Source: an uncultured Deinococcaceae bacterium
GTDB taxonomy: Bacteria; Deinococcota; Deinococci; Deinococcales; Deinococcaceae
Assembly (NCBI GenBank): GCA_964252075.1
Contig: CAXULY010000015.1
Location: 32,001-96,000, forward strand
Length of the DNA: 64,000 nt
Direction: 5' to 3'
The first letter of the stretch is position 1; every line of letters starts with the position of its first letter. Positions 1-14,082 of this stretch are shown here, piece after piece. The notes beneath the pieces were generated by a model. The model ran no database searches. It was given only the letters and a program-made list of their open reading frames with translations, and was not told the DNA's origin. Made by a program: the position numbers and the translations under genes.

Positions 1-36
1 TCTGCCCGTCAGCTGGCCGCTCTAAGCTGCCCCCAG

Positions 37-384
37 ATGCCCCCGCACCACGCGCGCCCGGCCACCACCCGTTGGGGGCTGGCGCTGCTGTGCCTGCTCG
101 CGGCCTTCGCGTACCTCACGCGCGACCCCGCGCCCGCCACGTGCGGCATGCCCGGCATGATGATGGCGGGCGGGCATATGCACGGGGACGCCCCCACGTC
201 CCCACACGAGCACGGCGCGCACTGCCCCTTCTGCTTCACGGCGGCCTTCGCGCTCACCCCGCCGGACGCCACCGCGCCGCGGCGGGCTGACGGCCGGGCG
301 GCAGGTTCCCCCGAGGCGCGCGCACTGGGGCGCCCGGCGTCCGCGCTGCACGTTCAGGCGCGCGGGCCGCCCCCACTGGGGTGA
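37..384 (+). CDS. DUF2946-like small protein (CxxC plus C-terminal RGPP); candidate copper-sensing leader peptide
   Basis: Hydrophobic N-terminal segment, Met/His-rich stretch, HCPFC motif and C-terminal ARGPPP; lies directly upstream of copC. Confidence 0.75.
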   Translation: MPPHHARPATTRWGLALLCLLAAFAYLTRDPAPATCGMPGMMMAGGHMHGDAPTSPHEHGAHCPFCFTAAFALTPPDATAPRRADGRAAGSPEARALGRPASALHVQARGPPPLG

Positions 385-443
385 CCGCCCTGCGCCCCCA
401 CCTCCATTCACCCGCCGCCCTCCGGGCGGCCAGGGGAGACCGT

Positions 444-878
444 ATGACCACCCGAGTGCACTCCAGACTGTTGCTGACCGCGCTGGCCCTCACGGGCTCG
501 GCGCTCGCGCACGCCGAACTTACCGCCGCCGTCCCCGCCGAGAACAGCACCGTCACCGCGCCCAGGGCGGTGGACCTCACCTTCGGGGAGGGCGTCGAAC
601 TGCGCTTCTCGACCTTCAAGGTGTACCCCCTGAACACCTCGGGGAGCGCGCAGGTCCTGAACCGCGCGGCGGACGCCCTGATGGCCCGCGTGATCGGCGT
701 CAAGGGTGACGTCGCGGCGCGCGCCGACCTGGGCACGAAACCCCCGGTGGGCGCCGCCACGCGCGTCCACCTGACCCTCAAGCCGAAGCTCGCGCCCGGC
801 ACGTACGTCGTGATGTGGAAGGTGCTGTCCGTGGACACGCACGCCAGCAGCGGCCGGTACCTCTTCACCGTGAAGTGA
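444..878 (+). CDS. copC: Copper resistance protein CopC
   Basis: Signal peptide ending ALA, mature N-terminal His ([13 protein letters not shown]), C-terminal WKVLSVDTH motif; GGGGAG SD before ATG at 444. Confidence 0.85.
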   Translation: MTTRVHSRLLLTALALTGSALAHAELTAAVPAENSTVTAPRAVDLTFGEGVELRFSTFKVYPLNTSGSAQVLNRAADALMARVIGVKGDVAARADLGTKPPVGAATRVHLTLKPKLAPGTYVVMWKVLSVDTHASSGRYLFTVK

Positions 879-982
879 GCGCGGCGCGCCGAGGGGCGGC
901 CCACGCGTGGGCCGCCCCTCGGCGCTGTTCCCGCGCCACACATTCATCTGCCCGCAGGGGCGGTTTCACTACAATGCGCCGT

Positions 983-2233
<1,251 letters not shown>

Positions 2234-2267
2234 AGGTGCGGGTGGGCGCCCTGCGGCGCCCACCCCT

Positions 2268-3320
2268 TCAGGTGCCGGGCTTTTTGGGGGGCTTCGTGGC
2301 GGCGGCGTACGCGTCGCGCGGGCCCTGCGGCACGTACCCCTGCCGCTGGTACAGGGCCAGCGCGCGCGTCAGGGTGCTGCGCGCCTCCGCCGCCTGACCT
2401 TCGCGCGCCAGCACCTGCCCGAGCGCGTAGGTCGCGAGGGGGTTCTGCGCGTTGTACTTCAGCGCCGTCCGGAAGAACCGCGCAGCGTTCGCGAGGCCCT
2501 CGGGCGTCTTCTGCGCCGCGAAGAACCCGCCGGGCGTGCGCTCGCCGCGGTAGTACGAGAACTGCGAGCGCAGGTACGCCGTGTCGAGCGGCCGCACCGC
2601 GCTCACCTTCAGCGCGTGGCCCTGCAGGTCGTGGTAACCGGTGATGGTGGCGTCCGCCGCGTAGGTGGGCTGCAGGAACGCGTACCCGTCCCCCACGCGC
2701 GCGAAGAGGCCCTGGTGCGTCACGAACGGCGTGGGGTCACTCGCGTCCACCAGCACGTCCCGCCCGTCGGAGAGGCGCAGGACCGTCACGGCGTGCCCCA
2801 TGTTGCTCCGCTGGCCCTGCGGGTTCGCCCACACCATGTCCACGCCCGCGGAGACGCCCATCTTCTGCAGCAGTGAGGTGATCAGCACGGACTGCAGCAG
2901 GCACTGCCGCTCGCCCGTCGTGGCGGCGCTCGTGAACTCGAAGCCACGCTCCAGGCTGAATTTCGGGATGGTCTGCTTGATCACGCGGTGCAGCCACGTG
3001 GCGGTCTGCAACTCCAGCTTGGCGCGCGCCTCCGGCATGCGGGCGGCGGCCAGTTCGCGCGCGCGGGCGTCCATGGCTTCCTCGAAGCCGAGGCCCTCGT
3101 GCCCTGGCAGGCGGTCGTCCCTGCTGGCGTACGCGCTGGTGAGCCAGCGGCTGAAATCCGCGGGGTTTTGACCGGTGAGCCGGTACGAGTCCGCCACGAA
3201 GGCGCCGAAGGTGGCGGAGCCGAAGGCGTAACGGGCGTCCGGCGGGGCGTCCGTCGCGGCGCCGCCCCGCCCCACGCCGGTCAGGGCCAGGGCCAGGAGC
3301 ATCATTGTGGGTCTGAACAT
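2268..3320 (-). CDS. Secreted transglutaminase-like (Cys-His-Asp) protein with C-terminal TPR-like helices
   Basis: Signal peptide MFRPTMMLLALAL; QCLLQS...GHAVTV...LVDAS triad order; TPR-like YALGQVLAREGQAAEA; start set at ATG 3320. Confidence 0.6.
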   Translation of the reverse strand: MFRPTMMLLALALTGVGRGGAATDAPPDARYAFGSATFGAFVADSYRLTGQNPADFSRWLTSAYASRDDRLPGHEGLGFEEAMDARARELAAARMPEARAKLELQTATWLHRVIKQTIPKFSLERGFEFTSAATTGERQCLLQSVLITSLLQKMGVSAGVDMVWANPQGQRSNMGHAVTVLRLSDGRDVLVDASDPTPFVTHQGLFARVGDGYAFLQPTYAADATITGYHDLQGHALKVSAVRPLDTAYLRSQFSYYRGERTPGGFFAAQKTPEGLANAARFFRTALKYNAQNPLATYALGQVLAREGQAAEARSTLTRALALYQRQGYVPQGPRDAYAAATKPPKKPGT

Positions 3321-3352
3321 GTGGGCCTCTCGGTGGGTGCGGGTCACGGGCG

Positions 3353-4507
3353 CTACAGCTTCCAGATCAGCTTCCGGCGCGCCATGATCCCCGTTACAGC
3401 CCACCACAGCGCGATGAACGCCAGCGTGTAGAGCAGGCCGCCCGCGACGCTCCCCAGGTGCGCGCGCCACACGGTCAGCAGGCTGTCCTGAATGGACGCC
3501 GCGCGGCCCGCCCAGCCCACCTGCCAGTCCTGCAGCACCCAGGTCTTGAACAGGATGGGCGCCACGTACGCGAAGAGCGCGTTGCGGCCCGGCCACGTGA
3601 AGGGCGCGAGCAGCGCCCTGCCCCAGCGGGCGCGCTCTAGAAGGGTGAAGGTCAGCACGCCGAGCGTCCCGAGGCCCCCCGCGTACAGGATGTAGCTGGG
3701 CGTCCAGAAGGCCTTGTTGAACTCGATCAGCACCGGCGTGAGGCTCAGACCGTACCCCAGCACGGCGAGCAGTAGGCCCCACCCCATGAGCCGCACCCAC
3801 ACCTGCCGACCCGCGCGGATGAGGTCCGCCGTGACCGCCCCGAACAGCACGAGCGCCGTGGTGGGCACTGCGGACAGCAGGCCCTTGAGGCCCAGCGGGG
3901 ACAGGTACGCGTCGTTCAGGGCGTCCACGGCGTTCAGGTTCTCCTGAAACACCCCCACCTGCCCGTTCGGGAGCGGCAGGAAATGAAAGAGCGCCTCATA
4001 CACCGCCAGCAGCGCGAAGGCCAGCGCCACCCGCGCCCACACCGGCAGGCGCTGCAGGAGCCCCGCCAGCAGCGACGCCACCGCGATGAGCTGCACCACC
4101 CCGAACCCCAGCGTGAAGGTGTGGTCCGCGACGCTCGTCACGAAGCACCCCACGAGGTACAGCAGCGCCGCGCGCCGCACGAGTTTCCACGCGAGCGCCC
4201 CACCGCGCACGCCCGCGCGCTCCGCAGCGGCCGTCGCGTACGGAATGGCGGCGCCCGCGCAGAACAGGAACCACGGGAACACCATGTCCGTGAGGGTGAG
4301 GTGCCCACCCCACGGCGCGTGCATCAGCGCGGTGGGGGTGTGCGCGCCCAGCGTGGCGTTGTTCACCAGCCACATGACCACGATGGTGAGGCCCCGCCAG
4401 GCGTCCAGCGCGACCAGGCGGCCCGCGCGGGTGGTGGCGGGCGCCGCACCCTGCGTGCCGGGCGGCGTTTCGGTGGGGACGGCGGTGGGGCGCTGGACCT
4501 GGGACAT
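3353..4507 (-). CDS. Membrane acyltransferase, HGSNAT/DUF5009-like
   Basis: RLVALDAWRGLTI, HAPW, TLTDMVFPWFLF and FNKAFWTPSY motifs; multiple TM segments. Confidence 0.8.
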   Translation of the reverse strand: MSQVQRPTAVPTETPPGTQGAAPATTRAGRLVALDAWRGLTIVVMWLVNNATLGAHTPTALMHAPWGGHLTLTDMVFPWFLFCAGAAIPYATAAAERAGVRGGALAWKLVRRAALLYLVGCFVTSVADHTFTLGFGVVQLIAVASLLAGLLQRLPVWARVALAFALLAVYEALFHFLPLPNGQVGVFQENLNAVDALNDAYLSPLGLKGLLSAVPTTALVLFGAVTADLIRAGRQVWVRLMGWGLLLAVLGYGLSLTPVLIEFNKAFWTPSYILYAGGLGTLGVLTFTLLERARWGRALLAPFTWPGRNALFAYVAPILFKTWVLQDWQVGWAGRAASIQDSLLTVWRAHLGSVAGGLLYTLAFIALWWAVTGIMARRKLIWKL

Positions 4508-4602
4508 GGCTGACCTCGCGGGGCGCCCGCGCGCGCGGGCGTTCGCCGTTCACTGTGGCGGGTGAAGTGAAAGCCAGCCTGAAAGCGCGCCTTGAGGGTT
4601 CC

Positions 4603-5079
4603 TTAGGGGCGCGCGCCGCTCAGGTCCGCGGCCTGCGGCTCGTAGTGCGCGGCGTAGGCGGAGCTCATCAGGGTGAGGTTCTGTCCGGCGCTCGCCGCGA
4701 GGTTGCCTTTCAGCGGTCCGTCCGTGATGACGTACAGGGTCTTGCCCTGCCACGCGCCCACCGCCCGCACCGCGCCGCCCGCGTAGGCCTTCACGGGCTC
4801 CTGGATGGCGGTGAGGTCCGCGCGCCACGACAGCACCCGCAGGTCCGTGTCGTAGGTGACGCTCAGTCCGCCCGCCTTGACGGGCGGGTGCTGACTCCAG
4901 ACCGTGACCTTGCGCAGGCGGTCGGGGAGGCGCGTGCGCTGGTCGGCGGTGCGGTCCAGCGACCCCGTGATCGCCAGCATCAGCTGCGCTTCGCTGCTGG
5001 GCGCGCCGCGCGGCCCGCACGCGGCGAGTCCCACGGCGAGCGGCGCGGTCAGCAGGGCCAGGGCGAGGGGACGCTTCAC
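4603..5079 (-). CDS. Hypothetical lipoprotein
   Basis: GTG start, MKRPLALALLTAPLAVGLAAC lipobox; co-oriented with the two downstream genes. Confidence 0.65.
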   Translation of the reverse strand: MKRPLALALLTAPLAVGLAACGPRGAPSSEAQLMLAITGSLDRTADQRTRLPDRLRKVTVWSQHPPVKAGGLSVTYDTDLRVLSWRADLTAIQEPVKAYAGGAVRAVGAWQGKTLYVITDGPLKGNLAASAGQNLTLMSSAYAAHYEPQAADLSGARP

Positions 5080-5129
5080 GCCTGACACGCTACCGGGAAC
5101 ACCCCAGGACAAATGTGCGTACCTGGGGC

Positions 5130-5618
5130 ATGGGCAGCTTGGATGGACGGGTGGGCGGCATACAGCTCGGGTACGACCTGCACCTCAGCTGGGACGGCGC
5201 GCAGCTGACCGGCCGGGTGGGTGGGGCGCTGCAGGGCAAGGACGTGCACCTGCGGCTCGCGGCGGGCGAGGTGAGCGGCCGGGTGGGCGGGGCGTCCCTG
5301 GGCTTCGACGTGCGCGGCGCGATCTCGTCCGCCGGGGCCGCGCTGCGGCTGGGCGGCGAGCTGATCGGGGAGGACCTGCGTTTCGCCGCGGCGGACCGCG
5401 AGTTGAGCGGGCGCCTCGGTGGGGGCGCCATCGGCAAGGACGTGCACCTCACCTGGACTGGCGAGGAACTGCTGGGGCGCATCGGGGGCGCCTTCGAGGG
5501 CAAGGACGTGCGCGTGGCGTGCCAGGGCGTCCCGCCGGAACTCGCGGCGCTGGCCGCGGTCCTCACGTACAAGGCGCTGGAGGACGACGAGAACAGCAGC
5601 GTCAGCAGGTCCAGCTGA
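5130..5618 (+). CDS. Hypothetical protein with six ~22-aa GRxGG...GxDxxL repeats
   Basis: Repeats visible in the translation; C-terminal hydrophobic helix. Confidence 0.7.
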   Translation: MGSLDGRVGGIQLGYDLHLSWDGAQLTGRVGGALQGKDVHLRLAAGEVSGRVGGASLGFDVRGAISSAGAALRLGGELIGEDLRFAAADRELSGRLGGGAIGKDVHLTWTGEELLGRIGGAFEGKDVRVACQGVPPELAALAAVLTYKALEDDENSSVSRSS

Positions 5619-5773
5619 GGGCGCGCGTGAGGTGAACTGTCATTCGCCTGACCCATGAAGGTCCCCCGGGCGCTATCATGCCTTCTGGTTTCGCACGGCG
5701 TCTTGCGTGCCCCGCTTGAGGGCCGCGACACCCGCGCACGGCGAGCCTCTATCCCCCCCGGAGGACGCCTGAT

Positions 5774-7684
<1,911 letters not shown>

Positions 7685-7764
7685 GCCGTGACCGCGTGAA
7701 GGGACACCCGCGCGGCCACGAGGGGCGCGGTGGGCGGCACCGTCCGCCCCCCGCGCCATCGCCC

Positions 7765-8994
7765 ATGCAGGACCTCGAACTCGGCATCGAGAAGCTCGTG
7801 ACGGGCGGTCTGGGCCTCGCGCGGGATGAGCGCGGCGTGCTGCTTGTGGCGGGCGCCTTGCCGGGCGAGCGGGTGCTGGCGCGCGTGCAGGAGGCGCGCG
7901 GCGTGCGCCAGGGGCACGTGCTGGAGGTGCTGGAGGCGAGCCCCGAGCGGGTGCCCGCCCCGGACCTCCCCACCGCGGACCTCGCGCACGCCCGCTACGA
8001 TGCGCAGCTCGCGTTCAAGCGCGGCTTCGTGCAGGAGGCCCTCGCGCGCATCGCGCACCTCGCGCACAGCGTGGCGCCCACCGTGCCCAGCCCGGGCGAG
8101 TGGGCGTACCGCAACACCGCGCAGTACCTCGTGACGCCGCGCGGCCTCGCGTACCGCGAGCGGCGCGGCCACGCCCCCCTCGCGCTCGACGACGACCCGC
8201 TGGTGCTGGACGCCCTCGCGGACTTCGCGGGTCAGCTGGACGCGGGCGCGCTGGCGCCCGCGCGGGAACTCGCGCTGCGCGCCAGCCTCGACACGGGCGA
8301 GGTGGTCGCGGCGCTCATCGGGGAGGGCGAGCCGCGCGCGTTCCTGCGCGCGAGCGACCACCTGCTCTCGGCGGGCGCGGTCGGCGTGAGCCTCGCCGCG
8401 CCCGCCGGGCGGCGCTTCAGTGCGGGCGTGCGGCTCATCGCGGGCGAACCCGAGGTGCTGGAACGCTACGGCGACGTGCGCGTCAGCGTGAGCGCCACGG
8501 GCTTCGCGCAGGTGAACCCCGAGGCGGCCGGCGAACTGTACCGCGCGGCGGCCACCCTGGCGGGTTCCGGCGCGCGCGCCGTGGACCTGTACGGCGGCTC
8601 CGGCGCCATCGCGCGGCACCTCGCGCAGCGCTTCGGGCGCGTGATGGTGCTGGACGTGGCGGGCGAGGCGCTCGCGCGCGGGCGCCGGGACTGCGCGCGT
8701 GAGGGCACCACGAACGTCACGTACCGCCGGGGGGACGCCGCGGACCTCACGGACCTCGGGCCGCTGGACGCCGTGATCGTGGACCCCCCGCGCGCCGGAC
8801 TGGACCAGAGCGCGCGGGACGCGCTGCACGCCAGCAGCACCCGGCGCCTCGTGTACGTCTCGTGCGACCCCGCCACCTGGGCGCGTGACGTCGGGGACCT
8901 CGTGCGGCGCGGCTGGCAGCTGGGCGAAGTCACGCCCTACGACTTCTACCCGCAGACCAGCCACGTCGAGGTGCTGAGCGTCCTCACGCGCTGA
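7765..8994 (+). CDS. RNA (uracil-5)-methyltransferase, RlmD/TrmA family, with TRAM domain
   Basis: [29 protein letters not shown] and [10 protein letters not shown] motifs. Confidence 0.88.
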   Translation: MQDLELGIEKLVTGGLGLARDERGVLLVAGALPGERVLARVQEARGVRQGHVLEVLEASPERVPAPDLPTADLAHARYDAQLAFKRGFVQEALARIAHLAHSVAPTVPSPGEWAYRNTAQYLVTPRGLAYRERRGHAPLALDDDPLVLDALADFAGQLDAGALAPARELALRASLDTGEVVAALIGEGEPRAFLRASDHLLSAGAVGVSLAAPAGRRFSAGVRLIAGEPEVLERYGDVRVSVSATGFAQVNPEAAGELYRAAATLAGSGARAVDLYGGSGAIARHLAQRFGRVMVLDVAGEALARGRRDCAREGTTNVTYRRGDAADLTDLGPLDAVIVDPPRAGLDQSARDALHASSTRRLVYVSCDPATWARDVGDLVRRGWQLGEVTPYDFYPQTSHVEVLSVLTR

Positions 8995-9000
8995 GCGCGC

Positions 9001-9474
9001 TCAGCTCTGGTTCGTCTGATCGGTGGGCAGCCCGCCGTCCGCCAGCACGATGGTGAACAGCGCGACGTTCCCCGCCGGGTCGAAGCCCACCACCACCGAC
9101 CACGCCTCCTGCGGGTGGCCGGAGAAGACCGCGGTGCGCACGTACACCGTCAGGTCGTCCTGACGCGTCACCTCTTCCTTCAGCACGCGCGCTTCCTGCC
9201 CGTATTCCTGCACGCCCGCCTGCCGGTACGCGCGGAAGGCGTCCAGGCTGCCCCAGGTGGCCTGCATGTCCGGCGTGAAGGCGTTCCACAGGGGTTCCAC
9301 CTGCACGGCGTAGAAGGACTTCACGAGCGCCTGGGCGCGCGCCATGGCGTCCTTCTGCCCTTGCGGTGACGGCGCGGCCTTCGGCGGCAGGGCCGGCACC
9401 GCGGGCGTGGCGGCCGCCACGCCGCCCGAAATGCTGGTGCCCAGAATGAAAGCCAACAGGATTGTGCGAACCAT
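9001..9474 (-). CDS. Hypothetical secreted protein
   Basis: Signal peptide MVRTILLAFILG after a GGGAGG SD; normal amino-acid composition. Confidence 0.65.
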   Translation of the reverse strand: MVRTILLAFILGTSISGGVAAATPAVPALPPKAAPSPQGQKDAMARAQALVKSFYAVQVEPLWNAFTPDMQATWGSLDAFRAYRQAGVQEYGQEARVLKEEVTRQDDLTVYVRTAVFSGHPQEAWSVVVGFDPAGNVALFTIVLADGGLPTDQTNQS

Positions 9475-9641
9475 ACTGCCTCCCGGGCGCTGGCGGGCGG
9501 AACAGGGTGGCCGGGCGGCGCCTGCGGGCGGACCAACGCTCTCCTCAGAGCGTAGGCGTCCGGCGGGTGCGCGTGTGAAGGGTTTCTTGCAAAAAAATAC
9601 AGGCTGGCGCCCCACGGCTGGGTGCCAGCCCGCTCCCGCGC

Positions 9642-10172
9642 TCAGGGTGTGGGGATGCCGTGCAGCTGCACGGCGTCAATCTCCTCGTAGGCGTCCGGGT
9701 TGTGGTCCGGGTCAATGACGACCTTCACCGATTTGACGAGGTACGGGGTGCTGGGGAAGCGCGCGATGAAGTTCACGGTGTAGTTCGGCTGCGCGGTGTC
9801 CCGACCCGCCCACACCTGATGCACGCCGCCCCGCGTGTCAATCGCGAAGATCTTGCGCACGAAGCCGTTGCCGTAGGTCTCGCGCACCAGCACCGCCGAC
9901 GCGTGCACGGGCGTCGTGAAGGACACCGTGATGGACTGCACCACGCCGTTCTTGCTGGCGGGCGCCCAGGCGCTGCTGTTGTCGCCGTACGCCATGGTGT
10001 TCGGTTCGCCGAGGGCCTGCCGGGCGGCCCAGCCGTCTTGGCTGTACTCGGAGCTGCGCGTGACCACGCCGCTCGCCCACTGCTTGAGCGCGTCGGTCTG
10101 CGCGAGGGCGCCGGAGCTGAGCACGAGGGCGCCCAGCAGGGCGGGGGTGAGGGTTCGGGTGTGCTTCGTCAT
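9642..10172 (-). CDS. Secreted beta-sandwich (galactose-binding-like) domain protein
   Basis: Signal peptide; QWAS..SSEY...A.G.PN...GD...AW...EIDAVQLHG pattern; GGAGG SD. Confidence 0.65.
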   Translation of the reverse strand: MTKHTRTLTPALLGALVLSSGALAQTDALKQWASGVVTRSSEYSQDGWAARQALGEPNTMAYGDNSSAWAPASKNGVVQSITVSFTTPVHASAVLVRETYGNGFVRKIFAIDTRGGVHQVWAGRDTAQPNYTVNFIARFPSTPYLVKSVKVVIDPDHNPDAYEEIDAVQLHGIPTP

Positions 10173-10243
10173 GGGTGATCCTCCGTGGCCCGGTCGGCCA
10201 GGAGCAGCGTAGGGAACCCCCCCTGAATCCGGTCTGAACGACG

Positions 10244-10277
10244 CGAGGCCGGGACCCCCGCGGGGATCCCGGCCTCG
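10244..10277. terminator. GC-rich hairpin, probable terminator of the E3-binding-domain gene
   Basis: CGAGGCCGGGA...TCCCGGCCTCG inverted repeat just after the stop at 10289. Confidence 0.55.
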
Positions 10278-10288
10278 GTGCGCGTGAC

Positions 10289-12094
10289 TTAGAACAGCAG
10301 CTTGATGGGGGTCTGCAGGAGGTCCGCGACGCCCTGCAGGAAGGCCGCGCCCGCCTGCGCGTTCACCGCGCCCGTCAGGGTGAGGGCCGCGCGGTCACCC
10401 TCGTGGCGCCCCAGGCTGAGGGTGGCGAGGTCACCGAGCAGGTGCAGTTCGTCCATGCCGAGCTGTCCGGCGTCCACGACCATCAGGTCCGCCCAGTCGC
10501 CCAGCTCGCCCGCGTGGTACTCGTGCACCGCCGCGCGGAAGTCCGCGCCGTGCAGGGCGCGGCTGGCGCGCGCCGAGACGGTGTCCCCGAGGTGCGCCAC
10601 GCCGACGCTCGTGAAGCCCAGCTGACCCAGCTGGCGGGCGGCGGCGCGCGCCACCAGCACTTCGGCGGGCACCGCGTGCCCCAGGTGATCCCCGAGGTGA
10701 CTGCCCGCTTCGTCCAGCGCGCGGGTGTCCACCGTGAGGCGCAGGTGCACGCCCTGGCGGGCGCCCAGGCTCTGGTGCGCCACGGCCGCCGGAACGACCG
10801 GCGCGGGCGTGGTGACCGCCTCGTGCACGACCGGCTCGGGCGCCGGGATGGGCGCCACGACGAGCGTGGTCGGTTCGGGCGTGACGTGATGCACGGGCTC
10901 CGGCTCGAAGATGGGCGCTTCGTGCGCGGCCTCCACGGGCTCCGGCTCGAACACCGGCTCGGGCTCGGGCTCGCGGACCGCCTCCACGACGGGCGCTTCG
11001 GCCTCCAGGGTGGCGGGCAGGGGGGCCGGCTCGGCCTCCAGCACCTGCTCGTCCCGCACGGGATCCGCGACCAGCGGGGCGCTCGCGGTGTACTCCTCGA
11101 CGTGCGACTCGACCGGCGCGGCCTCCACCGGCGCGCCCAGCATGGGCTGCTCAATGGTGTCCTGCTGCGCGACCGCCTCGAACACCGGGCTTTCCTCGAC
11201 GTGCGCTTGGTACGGCGCCGCGACCGGAGCGGCGGGGATAGAGGTGGGCGCCACCTCGGTGTGCTGAGGCTCGGCGGGGGCGTCCTTGCGCTTGTACAGG
11301 CGCGACAGCAGGCCGCCCAGACCGAAACCGCCAGGCTGCGTGGCGGGCTCCTGCGGTTCGGGCGTGGCGGCGCTCGCCGCGAACGGCTGAACGGGCTCCA
11401 CAGCTGCGGGCGTGAACGGCGCGGCGCTCGGTGCGGCCACGTCGTCCATGCGGCGGTCCTCGGCGTGCAGGGCGGGCGCGAGCACCACCTCGGTGTCCGG
11501 CGCGCCCTCCAGGACGTCCATCGGCGCCTCGTGCGCGGCGACCGGCGCCTGGAAGGCCTCCAGTTGGGCGGGCGCTTCCTCCTCGACCGGCGCGACGAAC
11601 GCCGGGCTGGGCGCGCTGACCGGCTCGGCCTCGAACGCCGGGTGGTCCATCAGGACGGGCTGTGTCGCCACGTCCTGCGCTGCGGCGTCATGCCCGTAAT
11701 CCTGGCCGCCCAGGTCGGGCGTCAGGTCGTCGTCCAGCTCGAAATCCATGGCGTCCTGGTCGAGGTCCCCGGCGGGGACGGTGCCGGGCACGCTGTGAAC
11801 CGGGCTGGCCGCAGGCTTGCTGCTGCTCGCCACGAAATCGGTGATGTCACTCTCGATGCCGGCCTGCGCCATCATTTCCATGCTGGGCATGGGGGGCATC
11901 TCGCCGGTCCAGTCGGGCGGCGGCTCGTCCACGGGCGTGCTCGGCGGCTCTTCCTCGCCGTTCATCACGCGCATCAGGTAGTTCAGGATGTCCTGCTCGA
12001 CGATGGTGCCGTCCTCGCCACTGCCCTGAATGCTGCGCCAGTCTATTCCGTTCGCTTCGGCCAGAATTTTGGCCATTGGAGCGATCATCTCCAT
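10289..12094 (-). CDS. E3-binding (PSBD) domain protein with long acidic Pro/Ala linker and degenerate E2 acyltransferase-like C-terminus
   Basis: IAPMAKILAEANGIDWRSIQGSGEDGTIVEQDI matches the PSBD pattern; C-terminal AAFLQGVADLLQTPIKLL resembles E2 termini but DHR is absent. Confidence 0.75.
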   Translation of the reverse strand: MEMIAPMAKILAEANGIDWRSIQGSGEDGTIVEQDILNYLMRVMNGEEEPPSTPVDEPPPDWTGEMPPMPSMEMMAQAGIESDITDFVASSSKPAASPVHSVPGTVPAGDLDQDAMDFELDDDLTPDLGGQDYGHDAAAQDVATQPVLMDHPAFEAEPVSAPSPAFVAPVEEEAPAQLEAFQAPVAAHEAPMDVLEGAPDTEVVLAPALHAEDRRMDDVAAPSAAPFTPAAVEPVQPFAASAATPEPQEPATQPGGFGLGGLLSRLYKRKDAPAEPQHTEVAPTSIPAAPVAAPYQAHVEESPVFEAVAQQDTIEQPMLGAPVEAAPVESHVEEYTASAPLVADPVRDEQVLEAEPAPLPATLEAEAPVVEAVREPEPEPVFEPEPVEAAHEAPIFEPEPVHHVTPEPTTLVVAPIPAPEPVVHEAVTTPAPVVPAAVAHQSLGARQGVHLRLTVDTRALDEAGSHLGDHLGHAVPAEVLVARAAARQLGQLGFTSVGVAHLGDTVSARASRALHGADFRAAVHEYHAGELGDWADLMVVDAGQLGMDELHLLGDLATLSLGRHEGDRAALTLTGAVNAQAGAAFLQGVADLLQTPIKLLF

Positions 12095-12342
12095 GTGATT
12101 CGGTCCCCTTTCGACGCCAGTGTAAGTCATTTCTGAAAGTGTACGGACAAAAATCTTTCGGCTTTCTGACAAGCCAGGACGCGCTCCAGCCGCACACGCG
12201 CCACATCCAACATGAGAGACCCAAGAACAGCTTGAGGATTGAATGAGCTTCCTGAGCGTGCAGGGCGGCGTCTGGCGCGCGTGCTAGGCTGCCTCTCGAC
12301 ACGCCCCGCCAGGACGCGCGGGCGCCACGAGGCGAATGACAC

Positions 12343-14006
<1,664 letters not shown>

Positions 14007-14082
14007 CGCGGGCGCCTGGGCTGGGCAGGCCCCACCTCTCCATCACGCGCGACAGGTATCTTGGGGCGAGGAGAAACGCGCT

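Noticed and set aside
10830..10975. Short GGCTCG-type repeats as a CRISPR or tandem array
   Set aside because: They encode the EPEP low-complexity linker of the E3-binding-domain protein and have no repeat-spacer structure.
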